Assembly: GCF_001194135.2 (NCBI RefSeq) | Contig: NC_068994.1 | Location: 52,506,222-52,564,389 of the forward strand | From: Octopus bimaculoides | Taxonomy: Eukaryota | Direction: 5' to 3' | Length of the DNA: 58,168 nt | Shown: one piece after another, positions 1 to 12,039 of the stretch | Layout: the number at the start of each line of letters is the position of its first letter | How positions within the stretch are numbered: the first letter of the stretch is position 1 | Made by a program: the position numbers and the translations under genes | Notes under the pieces: model-generated | What the model was told of the DNA's origin: nothing | The model's database searches: none | Seen by the model: the letters and a program-made list of their open reading frames with translations, nothing else

Positions 1-246
1 GTTCAAATATGCTTTGGGAATATTCGAACCCGCAAGGAAGCCATTTATTTTATTTCGTCATAGAGAGCATTTATCACTGTAGACAAACAGGTGTAAACTC
101 ACCAAATCAGTTCGAAGCACACTCTAACCGAACTTTCTGGTGAATGAATTTTGAAGCGGTTATCTCCTCTTCGGCGTCATATACCGAAAAGTTGGGGGGT
201 GCCTACGACGAGATAGATAGATCAATATCTGTTGTTATATACTCGT

Positions 247-296
<50 letters not shown>

Positions 297-2192
297 GTCT
301 CTCTCTCTCAAATGCACACATACACTCACAAACGCACACCACACTCGCACATACACACACACTCACACAGAAGCACAAATATATGCAAGATTAAATATGC
401 GTTGAAAAGTATACCAATATGGAAAGAGTAAGTTCAAAAATTATTATGAATTTATCAAAACATGGCATGTGGCTAGAATTTTATCGCATTGAATATAAAT
501 GAATATATTTCCGATATGTCTTTATTTACTCCTAGACGGATTTGAAATTTGAATGTAGATATTTGCTGTAAAATATTTTCAACCGATACTGTATGTTGCA
601 TATCACTGCGAGACATCTGTTGCAAAGGACACTGATACCATTATATACAAAGTTATGGACATCTACTTTGTTTTCATAACCAGATTCCATTTCAATTTAC
701 TACTAGGATGAACTCAAAGAATTTTAGATGTAACATGAAAAGGTATTCTTGATTATAAATTAGTATTGCAAACTTGTAAAATATAATAGTGTTTTAGTTG
801 CATGTAATTCATGTTACTAGCTATTTGTTATCTCTGTCAAACCTCTCCTTGCTATTCATATATGCGAAACTAACAGAAGTTGACATGTTTAAGTAGATTT
901 CTTCATTTACAAACTTTGTGTTTTAGATAAAGATATAATTTTCATGTTTTAATGGTTCTATTTTATTAATCTGTCATTTAGGTATACACATGCATAGAAT
1001 ATGCGTGTATCTATATATGCAAGAAGTATGTATGCTTCTATATATGTATTTTCGTCTATGTATCTGCGTGCGATATCAATCTTAAGTCTCAAAAACTCTC
1101 CATATTAAATATTAAAGAATATTAATATTAAAGAATGGGAAATGAAAAACGGAAGAGGTCGAGTTACCAAAGGCGAGAGAAAAAGAAGGGAACTGAAAGT
1201 TGGTGAGCAAACATGATTGGTGGAGAGAGAGAGGGAGGTGAGGGAGAAAGTGAGGCTAACAGGTGTTGGGGAAATGATTTGAATGAAAGGAGAATAATCG
1301 CATAGTAAAATATTTGACAGAATATTGTGATTAAAAAGCACCTTTAATATTGTGAGTGCAACATTATGATGGCTAACGACAATGATATTAAAATTCGAGC
1401 TGCCTTTCCGGCGGAAATATTCGAGTGTTCAAGAAGCTAGTATGAGGAGCACTTAGCGAGTTAATATCGAGAATAAGGACACGGCATAACAAACGTATTT
1501 CACTTGAAACAAAAGTAGTCACATGATAAAAACTATTGTACTTTCAGTAAATATAAAACAAACTAGCAGAAATCTAGTAATGGTAGTGTTGGACTCTTTT
1601 CTCAGAACCAATAATTTAAGGAAGCGCAAACCGAATATCACCTGGTGTCCAGCGGGGGAAGGAGGGACACAAACACACGCACACAAATACACACAGACAA
1701 ACACACGTACACGCTCAGAAACACACATACACACACGTACACACACATATGTGTATGTACATATACACATATATGTGATTCTATATGTACATATATCTAT
1801 CTATCTATCTATGCAGATAGAAAAATGGATAGAAACGTACGTATATATAGAGGCATATATAGATGCGAACATGTATGTACAGACATATACATATATGCAT
1901 ATATACAAATATAAGTATATATACATATATATGTGTGTGTATGTGTGTGTGAGTGTGTGTTTGTATACATTTATAAACACACGGACACACAAACATGCAT
2001 ACATACACACACAAACGCACATGCACATACATAATAGTATTTCTCTCAATCCCTGCCTTACTAAATTTAATATGAATAAACTGAAGTGATTGGTCGACTG
2101 CGGGCAATAAGCTGGAATATTTTGCCCAGCAAATGAACGCAGGACTTAACACGGAGTTCTGAGTATTTAATAACATAATGTTTTCTACGTGC

Positions 2193-2238
<46 letters not shown>

Positions 2239-2297
2239 AAGAGGGTACAACATGATTACCTAAAAGTAGAAGTAGAAGTCAAAAATAATTCTGTGCC

Positions 2298-2333
<36 letters not shown>

Positions 2334-3015
2334 CTACGTATGTGTGCAATAGGATTCCTCCAGTTTCCGTCGACGGTATTACCTCACTAATCTGGCATTG
2401 ACCCGGGGGTATAGAAAAACACAGTTGCCCAATTTGCCAGGAAGAGATATATAAAACTGTTTAGATGGAAACCAGTTATTTTTCAAAGGAACCGTATATA
2501 TTTTCAAACACCCATACTTATCTGGTATTTGGGTTAATGGAATTCAGGAAGGGGACAAATTGTATTATTGACCTCGGTGTCATTTGAACTCAGAATTTGA
2601 AACATAAGATACATTCCAGCCACTCAAATGATTCAGCCAGATTTTTATTGTATAATGGATGATGAAACTTAATAGTATGCTGCATGCAAGATATTTATGG
2701 AATTTTTCAGTGTATGAAAACATGTTTATTGTTTACGATATATTAATATATTTGAAGAAACTTCTGGCGGCTTGGAAAAAAAAAACACATCAAATCAACT
2801 GCATAAAAACTAATATATATGCCTGTATGTGTGCGTATTTCTAAATGTGGAGTATTTTGTGGTGTAGTATGTATGTATAACTTATTCTATGATATATACC
2901 TATATCTGTCTGTCTTTCTATCTATCTATCTATCTATCTATCTATTTATCTATCTAACTAACTAACTAACAATCTGTCTGACTGTGTATCTATCCGTCTA
3001 TCTATCCATCAATCT

Positions 3016-3074
<59 letters not shown>

Positions 3075-3679
3075 NNNNNNNNNNNNNNNNNNNNNNNNNN
3101 NNNNNNNNNNNNNNNNNNNNNNNNNNNNNNNNNNNNNNNNNNNNNNNNNNNNNNNNNNNNNNNNNNNNNNNNNNNNNNNNNNNNNNNNNNNNNNNNNNNN
3201 NNNNNNNNNNNNNNNNNNNNNNNNNNNNNNNNNNNNNNNNNNNNNNNNNNNNNNNNNNNNNNNNNNNNNNNNNNNNNNNNNNNNNNNNNNNNNNNNNNNN
3301 NNNNNNNNNNNNNNNNNNNNNNNNNNNNNNNNNNNNNNNNNNNNNNNNNNNNNNNNNNNNNNNNNNNNNNNNNNNNNNNNNNNNNNNNNNNNNNNNNNNN
3401 NNNNNNNNNNNNNNNNNNNNNNNNNNNNNNNNNNNNNNNNNNNNNNNNNNNNNNNNNNNNNNNNNNNNNNNNNNNNNNNNNNNNNNNNNNNNNNNNNNNN
3501 NNNNNNNNNNNNNNNNNNNNNNNNNNNNNNNNNNNNNNNNNNNNNNNNNNNNNNNNNNNNNNNNNNNNNNNNNNNNNNNNNNNNNNNNNNNNNNNNNNNN
3601 NNNNNNNNNNNNNNNNNNNNNNNNNNNNNNNNNNNNNNNNNNNNNNNNNNNNNNNNNNNNNNNNNNNNNNNNNNNNNNN
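3075..3679. other. Assembly gap (largest of nine)
   Basis: N runs at 3075-3679, 12655-12791, 16456-16721, 29310-29370, 31366-31501, 40162-40275, 50553-50766, 53372-53652 and 54386-54607; each abuts (TA)n or (TATC)n on at least one side. Confidence 0.99.
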
Positions 3680-4388
3680 ATATATATATATATATATATA
3701 CATATATATATAAATACATCCATATATATATATATTTATATTTATGTATGTGTATATATGTATAGATATGTATATGTGTGTGTATACACACACTCACACC
3801 CACATATGTATACACAACGGGAGAAAGTGAGAGCGAAATGTCTAAGATGTGTCATGTACGTCATCGAAAACATTGGAAACATAAACAAAACTGCAAAATG
3901 CCTTACGGGTAAACACAGACTTCTCTTTAATTTACACTGGATGTTCGTGCTGTAGATTTTTGCTATTTCCCTTAATCATATCACGATGTACATGTATAAC
4001 AAAGGACATAAGAAGAAGACGCAGGAATGAAGCTAATTGAAAGCACAAAATATCTACATGATTGACATGCAAAGCTTAGAATCTAAATCTAATATGCTTT
4101 CGTACACGAAATTTTCCGTTGATTTTTACTTGTTAAATACAATTTTCCATTCATCTATTTTATTGTATTGACAAAATGAAATAATAAAACACACCCAAGT
4201 AATGGAACAAATTTATCAAAAACAAAAAGAAGAGGAAAATATAAACAAATCTAATTTAATTCTATTAAGTATTAACAATTAAGCATATTTGAAGCTAATT
4301 GGTTTATCATTCTTCTTCTTCTTCTTCTTCTTCTTCTTCATAAAATAATAATAATAATAATAATAATAAAAACAACAACGGTTTAAAA

Positions 4389-4588
4389 TTTTGGCAATTT
4401 TGGGTGTGGCGGGGAGGTTAGTGTCGATCATATGGATCTCAGTGTCCAACTTGTACTATTTTATCGACCCCGATAGGATGAGAGGCAAAATCGAACGCGG
4501 CGGAATTTATCCACAGAACGTAGAGGCGAATGAAATGCCGCTCAGCTTTTTACTCGGTGTGCTAACGGTTATATCAGCTTGCCGCCTT
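4389..4588 (-). mobile_element. tRNA-derived SINE family A, diverged copy
   Basis: Homologous to the well-preserved copies at 11851-12039 and 55746-55958. Confidence 0.8.
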
Positions 4589-4611
4589 AATAATAATAAC
4601 AATAATAATAA

Positions 4612-4612
<1 letters not shown>

Positions 4613-4642
<30 letters not shown>

Positions 4643-4693
4643 GAGAAGGAGAAGAAGAAGAAGAAGAAGAAGAAGAAGAAGAAGAAGAAGAAG

Positions 4694-4723
<30 letters not shown>
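4613..4723. repeat. (GAA)n tract of ~36 units, preceded by (TAA)n
   Basis: Directly visible; two GGA interruptions. Confidence 0.98.
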
Positions 4724-4724
<1 letters not shown>

Positions 4725-5676
4725 CACTAAAACAGTATGCGAAATCGGGAGTAGAAAGAACTACCAGCTGGAAAGAGAAGCTACCACATTGCCAACCCAC
4801 GCAACAAACTGAGGATACTTGAACTGCATTAAATTTCAGACAGAAGCCTGAAATGAGTAACTGGATTACTGACCATAACTACTCAGGAAGAGGCCTTCAG
4901 AATCAAAAATTGATAGAAACAAATATTAATAAGGTTCAGTCATAGAGCAAACGCAGAATCTATGTAAAAGCAGATGAAAGTATTGAGTGAATACGTAATT
5001 TACGCTTTTGTCGTTCCACAGCATCGCAGGAATCTCAATTTTGTGTCTGTAGGGTTTATATCAAAACGTTAGTACCGGTTGGTAGTACATGCAGGTCATT
5101 GATTTTGTAGTTGTCTTTAGCAATCCCTTTCCAAACCTATTCCCAAATAGGCCAAGTAATATGAACATGTCGTTCACAGAACACCTCAGTACAACAAAGA
5201 ATGAATAAGGAGGCAACTTTTATCAATAAATATCTTCCACAACTCAATATGAACACAACTTAATACAGAACACTGCTAACCTTTAATTAATACCACCCAT
5301 ACATCCCATACACCATTCACATTACAGATCTATATCTACCCTAATTGCACCAAATCCAGAACTACTTACCTCCCTTATACAGAATCTTTTTACTCGGGGA
5401 CTAGTAGACTCGACACCGTTCGGTAATCGGTGTGCATTCAAAGCAGTGATCACTAATTTTACGAAACCGGTATGCTTTTGGATCTCTTTAACAATTCACA
5501 ATAATGACTTTTATTACTTTTATTCCTACCTCAGTTCATCTAATTGTATATCGTTGCTTTTCATAAAAAGCCTTTACTCTTTTTGATTTGCAATGTGCAT
5601 TTTCGCTTATTTTTCTCCCTACTTCCCCTTACATTTCCATGTGTTGTTTCTATTTTCTTTTTGTAACATATATCTG

Positions 5677-5730
<54 letters not shown>

Positions 5731-6674
5731 GTCCCATTGAGTAATGCAGATAGAAGTGTCTAGTGTTAAAAGCATTTTCTTTACAGTAAGTTTTTGAAAT
5801 CATATGCTGGAATATATTTTATAACCAGTTATGTATGTACGGGTTTGGCTTTGCCAAATGTTTTATCCATTTACTTGTGAGAGACTCGAAGGACACCCTG
5901 ATTGTGTAAAATCTGCTGAATAGGATATCGACGCATACATTACATAAATATGTACATACATAGATACATGATACGTAATTCATATATATATAGTGTGTGT
6001 GCGTGGATGTGTGATTGTATAATTGTATGAATACGCATTTCACCAGGATTCCGTGAATATAGAAATCTGTCAATATTTTTCTTAATAACGGTGAATGCTT
6101 TTGCTTTCTTGTTTAGGGAAAGACGAAAAAAGTATCGTTATGCACAACAATGAAGCTGTAATATCTTGTTGTCGTTTAACATCAACGTATAATGGATGTG
6201 CAAGTGTTATTGCCAGGAGTATGGAAACAGCGTATAGGTTTATATCTGAAGAAATGCTACCGTTTGTCATTAGATGCATATATATATATCTCGGTGATAT
6301 GTTTTATTTCGTTTTTGATACGGAATTTACATTGAAATGGTAATCTGAACAGAGAAGTCTACTTCGATTATAACATAATTGTGAATAAAGATAAATACTT
6401 TCTATAGGTCGTGATCAATTACGAGCAGTTAACAGCTACTGGGAAATGAGTGTCATATGTGCGGTATATTTATAATTCAAATTACAATTTAGCAGAAGCT
6501 AAGTAGCGCCAGTAATTCCTTTTTATCATTTCAGTTAGTTTCGTTTCGAGGAAGTGACAGTGCTCAAGGCTTTTGAAGGCCCTAGTCCACCAGTGACGTT
6601 GATTTCGTTAGCATCCCTACCGATTAGTTAATATTCGATCGATATACAACAATAAAAGCAACAATTGATTCAAA

Positions 6675-7300
6675 ATTTGGCACGAAGCAAACAATTATAG
6701 AGGTGGAGTCTGAGGCGATTGCATTGACGTCAGGAATCAAATGGTACTTGTTTTCTCGACCCAAAAAGGATGGAAAGCAACATCTACTGAATTTGAACTC
6801 ACGACGTAAAGACCCGAAATAAACTGAAGCCGCAACCATGTGGTTAATAAGCAAGCTACTTACCACACAGCCACTCAAAGTCTCTAATTTTAAAGGGAGG
6901 AACCAAGTGGACCCCTACTCCTAACTGATACTATATTTTATCCAGCTCGAGGTGGGATTTAAACTCAGAATGTAAGAGCCAAAACACATGAGACTAATCT
7001 TTTTGTCGGCCAAAGTAAAGATGCTGCCATCTCAACATCATTAAAATTCTTTCCACTATAAGCACAAAGCTTGATATCGACCCCAATGCTCGATTAGTAA
7101 TTTTTTTATCGACCCCGAAAGGATAACAGACAAAACTACCTCAGAGGAAACTGAACCTAAAACGAAGCATTTTGTCCGACCTGCTAACGATTCTGTTAGC
7201 TCGCCAACTTTTCCCTTAAAATGCAAATTTGACCCCGGCGGTATTTGAAATCAAATCGCAAGGAATTGAAACAAGTTACAAATTATTCTGTCTGAAAATT
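6675..7300 (-). mobile_element. Cluster of degenerate SINE family A pieces plus a family C head (6830-6878)
   Basis: Recurring tcgacccc/gaaaggat/tttgaactc motifs; gcaagctacttaccacacagccactc is the reverse complement of the family C head. Confidence 0.65.
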
Positions 7301-8867
7301 TTATGACTCTACTGATCCACCACTTTGAAATTTTGAGAGGCATAATTTTTTTATGGTCTTCAGTAATTTCCAACTTGAAGAAGCTGGCTAATCTTTGTTG
7401 TGTAGTCATAACAATAATGAAGCTTTACTTTTATTAGGAGAGATCCTCAGATATCGGGAAGTTTAGCATTTGAATGGACGTTAAAAATTCGAATATTGAT
7501 ATTCATGTTTATAGATAACCAATAAGTTTGTTTCTAGGTATGCCGTATCTCTTATAATAGTCATACATAAACCATCTCTTTTGTTCAGGCGGTATATTTA
7601 TGGCCACATTAGCCTGATGGCTAAGATTCAATGTAATTAAGTATAATTAAATAATTAGATGTTGCACAGGTTGCGATGATGATTGTTCTGGTGGTTCAGT
7701 CAACAGCACGACCTAGTTATTTTGCTACAGTATACGTAGGTGACCAATCTTCAATCATTTTAGCACTTACCGAAATCGTTAGCTTGACAAGGTGTGCTAC
7801 AAGTTGGATGTATTTCAAATACTGTTATCATCTTTCTAACCATCTCCATGCAGTTGCTGTCCTCTCATTTTCTCTTATACTATGCTTCTGATTGAATAGC
7901 AAAAAAGAAATACAGTCAAATAATAGCTGAAATATTCTCTTAATCTGTAGCACCAAATAATGTAACCGAGAGCAAAATAAATATACACCACTCTGTTTCT
8001 GTGTCCACGCTCGACCTATCAAATATAGTAGCTAAATGCCCCTTAAATATTTCATCATGCCAACGATAACAAGGTTTGGTTGAAAAATTTTGTCTTGGAT
8101 GAACTACGATGGTGATAAGGAATGGAAGGGCTTTCATTATAGTAATTCAAGATCAAGAGTAACCTCAGATGAACCCCAGAAAATTAAGGAAAGGGCCATC
8201 AGATCAAATTTCATTGGATTATGAAGTCAGAGGTACATAACTCATGGAAACAGTAGCCGATTTTGCCCTCATTAAGATTACTTTGATCAAATGTTTGTGC
8301 AAGCTGAGCCAATATGAAAAATAAAACAACAGCAACAACAACAAAAAAAACAGCAACAAAAGCATGTAATACTCTTCAGGGGAACAGATACATTCTTGTA
8401 TTCTTTCTTTCATTGGCATTTATATATCCTATTTGATATGCAGTAGAACAAACTATTTAACCGCTTGATGCCATTTGTGACAGGGAAAGCTGACAGTTAT
8501 CGCGGAATAATACTACTCTCCAGTAATCTAAATTATAAAGTTCTGCGAAGTTTAAATGCCATATAGACATAACCAATTCTATATTAATGTATTCAATAGG
8601 TTATTGTCTATTGTCAGGTTCTCGGAAATTGAAGTGAGATAAACTAATATAATTATAATTAACTGGCTTTAACCCCTGTAGAAATAAGTTTTAATACATA
8701 AAATATAAACACACAGACATACCCACACACACACACACATAAATAATTAGGATACTTTGTTCGTAATTTTACAACCAAAAGGCAAAAATATCCACTAAAT
8801 ATATACAGTTAAATTTATAATTGTATATGCACAAATAAACACCCACACACAATTACACATACTTATA

Positions 8868-8967
<100 letters not shown>

Positions 8968-9460
8968 TATGCGTATATATCCTGTATATACATATATATG
9001 AGGATGTGTAAATATACATAATTTATAACTTTATATACTCCTTGTTTTCTCTTGTGTCGTACTATATATACAATATGTCTGTAGAATGATACTCTAAATA
9101 GATATTTATGAGTACCACCGGATTACGTAAATCCATATATCGTGACTAAAGTCACTGAGGAGTTTTAATTTTTAATAGCGCCCCTATCTTTACAAATAGG
9201 TGTATAAAATTTTAATTCAAGATAGAGGGGATAATTGAGATTAATTTGCATTAGTCCTCTTCTCATCACACCTCTGTATTCTGTATGAAAAATGATATCA
9301 TTTAAACGGCCTCCATTTTCAGCTTCACGCATCTGTACCCTTACCAAATTATGTTCCTTGACAGCTGTAAGAATTTCAGGGTCCAGTTCCCTGATTTCTT
9401 TAGTGATATTTTCATTCAAGCAGTTTTTCCGATTCGCTAATATTTCTATCAGTTCTCCTC

Positions 9461-9461
9461 A

Positions 9462-9521
<60 letters not shown>

Positions 9522-9572
9522 GTTATTATTATTATTATTATTATCATTGTTATTATTATTATTATCATTATA
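9461..9572. repeat. (TTA)n microsatellite immediately left of the foldback
   Basis: Directly visible. Confidence 0.98.
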
Positions 9573-9576
9573 ATTT

Positions 9577-10008
9577 CTTCTTAGTATTCTTGCAGAATAC
9601 TGGAAGGCAATTCTGCAAGTGGACAATACGATCGTTAATTCCATTGTTTCAGTCTTTTAGCTAGCAGTTTGGATGTTGTGTCTGCCGCAAGAATGACCAG
9701 AGGTGTAATTGTTTTCCCACTCTGCAACAATTTCTTCAGCTCTCCGGCTTCCACACTTGGAACAGTGAGCAAATATTGCATCTCTATTTGTTCCGCGTAA
9801 TTTTCGAGATTTTTGCTCACTGTTCCAAGTGTGGAAGCCGGAGAGTTGAAGAAATTGTTGCAGAGTGGGAAAACAATTACACCTGTGGTCATTCTTGCAG
9901 CCGACACAACATCCAAACTGCTACCTAAAAGACGGAAACATTGGAATTAACGATCGTATTGTCGACTTGTAGAATTGCCTTCCTGTATTCTGCAAGAATA
10001 CTAAGAAG
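9577..10008. repeat. 432-bp foldback (inverted repeat): 197-bp arms, 38-bp spacer; MITE/foldback-like, unclassified
   Basis: Manual alignment of 9577-9773 with the reverse complement of 9812-10008 gives 10 substitutions and no indels (~95% identity). Confidence 0.95.
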
Positions 10009-10017
10009 TATTTTAGA

Positions 10018-10185
10018 GTTCTATATTTAAGAGATGAGAAATTATTTACATTATGTACATTATTTACATTATTTACATTTGACGGATATTTGTCCTCATC
10101 TTGTTTGTTGTTAACAACGTTTCGGCTGATATACCCTCAAGTTTTCCTCAGGTGTCTTGGGGAAATTTCGAACCTGTGTTCTCAT
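10018..10185 (-). mobile_element. Penelope-like element terminal fragment (inverted partner, decayed hammerhead)
   Basis: Reverse complement of the 10264-10392 arm. The core reads CTGAGGA, the stem II 5' strand is mutated and stem I has a 2-nt deletion. Confidence 0.7.
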
Positions 10186-10263
10186 CTTTGTCTCTACATC
10201 TACACAGGAAAGTTAGATGGTTTGAAAGATAAGCTAGTTTTTGATGGAATTTCTCTATATGCC

Positions 10264-10392
10264 TCCCAGGTTCGAAATTTCCCCAAGACACCTGATGAAG
10301 GCTGGAGGGTATATCAGCCGAAACGTTGTGTTAACAACAAAGGAGATGAGGACAAATATCCGTCAAATGTAAATAATGTTAATAATGTAAGT
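10264..10392 (+). mobile_element. Penelope-like element terminal (pLTR) fragment
   Basis: Contains the hammerhead followed by gatgaggacaaatatccgtcaaatgtaaataatg. The same sequence recurs inverted at 10018-10185 and 31047-31202. Confidence 0.7.
10287..10332 (+). ncRNA. Minimal type I hammerhead ribozyme (PLE-type), core intact
   Basis: GACAC (stem I 5', 10287-91); CTGATGA core (10292-98); extra A; stem II GGCTG/CAGCC (10300-04/10315-19); GAAA (10320-23); loop-less palindromic stem III ACGT; cleavage triplet GUU (H17=10327); GTGTT (10328-32) pairing with GACAC. This matches the minimal hammerhead architecture known from Penelope-like element termini. Confidence 0.75.
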
Positions 10393-11437
10393 ATTTTTGA
10401 GAATTGTGATTTTTGTGTCAGTAGTAATAGTAGTAGTAGTGGCGGGAGCAGGAGTAGTAGTAGTTATGACAATAATGATAAATGTTATCAAAACTGCAAT
10501 AAATCCAATGTATGTGTTTCTACGAATTCGAACAGCTCTCTATACACATAAAGTATATCTGAGAAATAAATAAAAAATTGAACTTCTTGCGCAGAGAAGG
10601 AAATTCTTTAACATTTGTTTGCTTTGCAAAATAAAACAGTCAAATATCACCGCTTTGCAGTGCCTAAAATTAAACCTGCTCGGGCTTTATTGAATTGAAG
10701 ATTAGGAAGATGAGAAACAAAAGTTTCTGGTCGCTTAAGACCTCTATGTAAATGATTTTTCTTCTTTGAGACTGTAGATAATGCAATTTATGTATCGTTC
10801 TGCTTAAATATATTAATAAATAAATACATTTATACGTAACTTGACAATCATTAAAATTACATCATATAAATCTGAGAGAATTTTAACCAGAATTCGAAAG
10901 AGAAGTGAAAGATATTTATAATGGTGCTTGCATACAGGAACATTAACATGAATAATAATGTAGATATGCGTCATTTCCATGGGGACCTCATTTTGACAGT
11001 TATTTTTTCTTATTTCCGTAGGTTGGAAATAGAAGGAAAATATTGAAACTTAATTAAACGAAAAGAAAATCAATGCAAAGAAGCATTTCGTGTATGTGAC
11101 ATATCTCTACACAGGCACAAACACACACTCTCAAGCACAAACAGGCACACTCACAACGCACGCATATTTGATATATACGTATCTATGCGTATATATATGT
11201 ATGTACGTAAATATATATACATAGAAACAATCCTATATATATGAACATATATATATATGTATATACACACACACATCTACACCTACACATATATGTGTGA
11301 GTGTGTGTGTTTCTGTGTTCATTGATACAGCAATTATATAAATATTTACACACAAACTCATTTACGTATAAATAAAAACTGTATAATATATACGTTTGCC
11401 TGTGCGTAAGTTGTATACACAAACATGCATATGGCAC

Positions 11438-11521
<84 letters not shown>

Positions 11522-11850
11522 AATGCAATCTATCTATATATCTATCTATCTATCTATCTATCTATCTACCAATCTATCTATCTAACGATACAAACATACA
11601 TACATATATATCCATATAAAAATAAATGATTTATAAAGTCCTTTATATTTTCAACATAATTAAATTTTATGAGATTTGCATTTTATATAAAATTGCATGA
11701 AGTGCAGTTTGTATGTATGTACATATGGATGTATGCATGTATGTATGTATATATGTATATTTGTGTGTATGCATGTGTTTTTATGTACGTATGTATGTTT
11801 GTATGCATGCATGCATGTATATATATGCATGCATAAATATATGCAATGTT

Positions 11851-12039
11851 CAGAATTTTGGGGGAAGGAGCCAGTCGATTAGATCGAACCAGTACGCAAC
11901 TGAGACTTAAGTTATCGACCCCGAAAGGACGAAAGGCAAAGTCGACCTCGGCGGAATGTGAACTCAGAACGTAAAGACAGACGAAATACAGCTAAGCAAT
12001 TCGCCCGGTGTGCTAACGTTTCTGCCAGCTCGCTGCCTT
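11851..12039 (-). mobile_element. tRNA-derived SINE family A, well preserved
   Basis: Minus strand: aaggcagcgagctggcagaaacgttagc (A-box region)..gagttcacattccgcc (B-box-like)..gcctttcgtcctttcggggtcgataac (central domain; resembles the MetaSINE Meta domain from memory). Confidence 0.88.

Noticed and set aside
6095-6343. Strong acceptor (tgcttttgctttcttgtttag) followed by short frames
   Set aside because: No family match and no clear donor; it cannot be supported as an exon.
7480-8140. Faint minus-strand resemblance to an REL-LINE C-terminus (WHDEIFKGH..VD..W, FFAIQ, GHL..C, LPDI)
   Set aside because: It needs several assumed frameshifts and has many stops. Suggestive but at chance level without a profile search (BLASTX against R4-clade proteins would decide).
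9635-9916. 93-aa ORF, and a CxxC..C..C pattern in another frame of the foldback arms
   Set aside because: Arm differences are a mix of synonymous and non-synonymous changes in every frame checked, and stops follow quickly; no recognisable domain.
10090-10551. 153-aa plus-strand ORF
   Set aside because: It runs through both arms of the PLE inverted repeat and an AGT microsatellite; no RT or GIY-YIG motif is visible.
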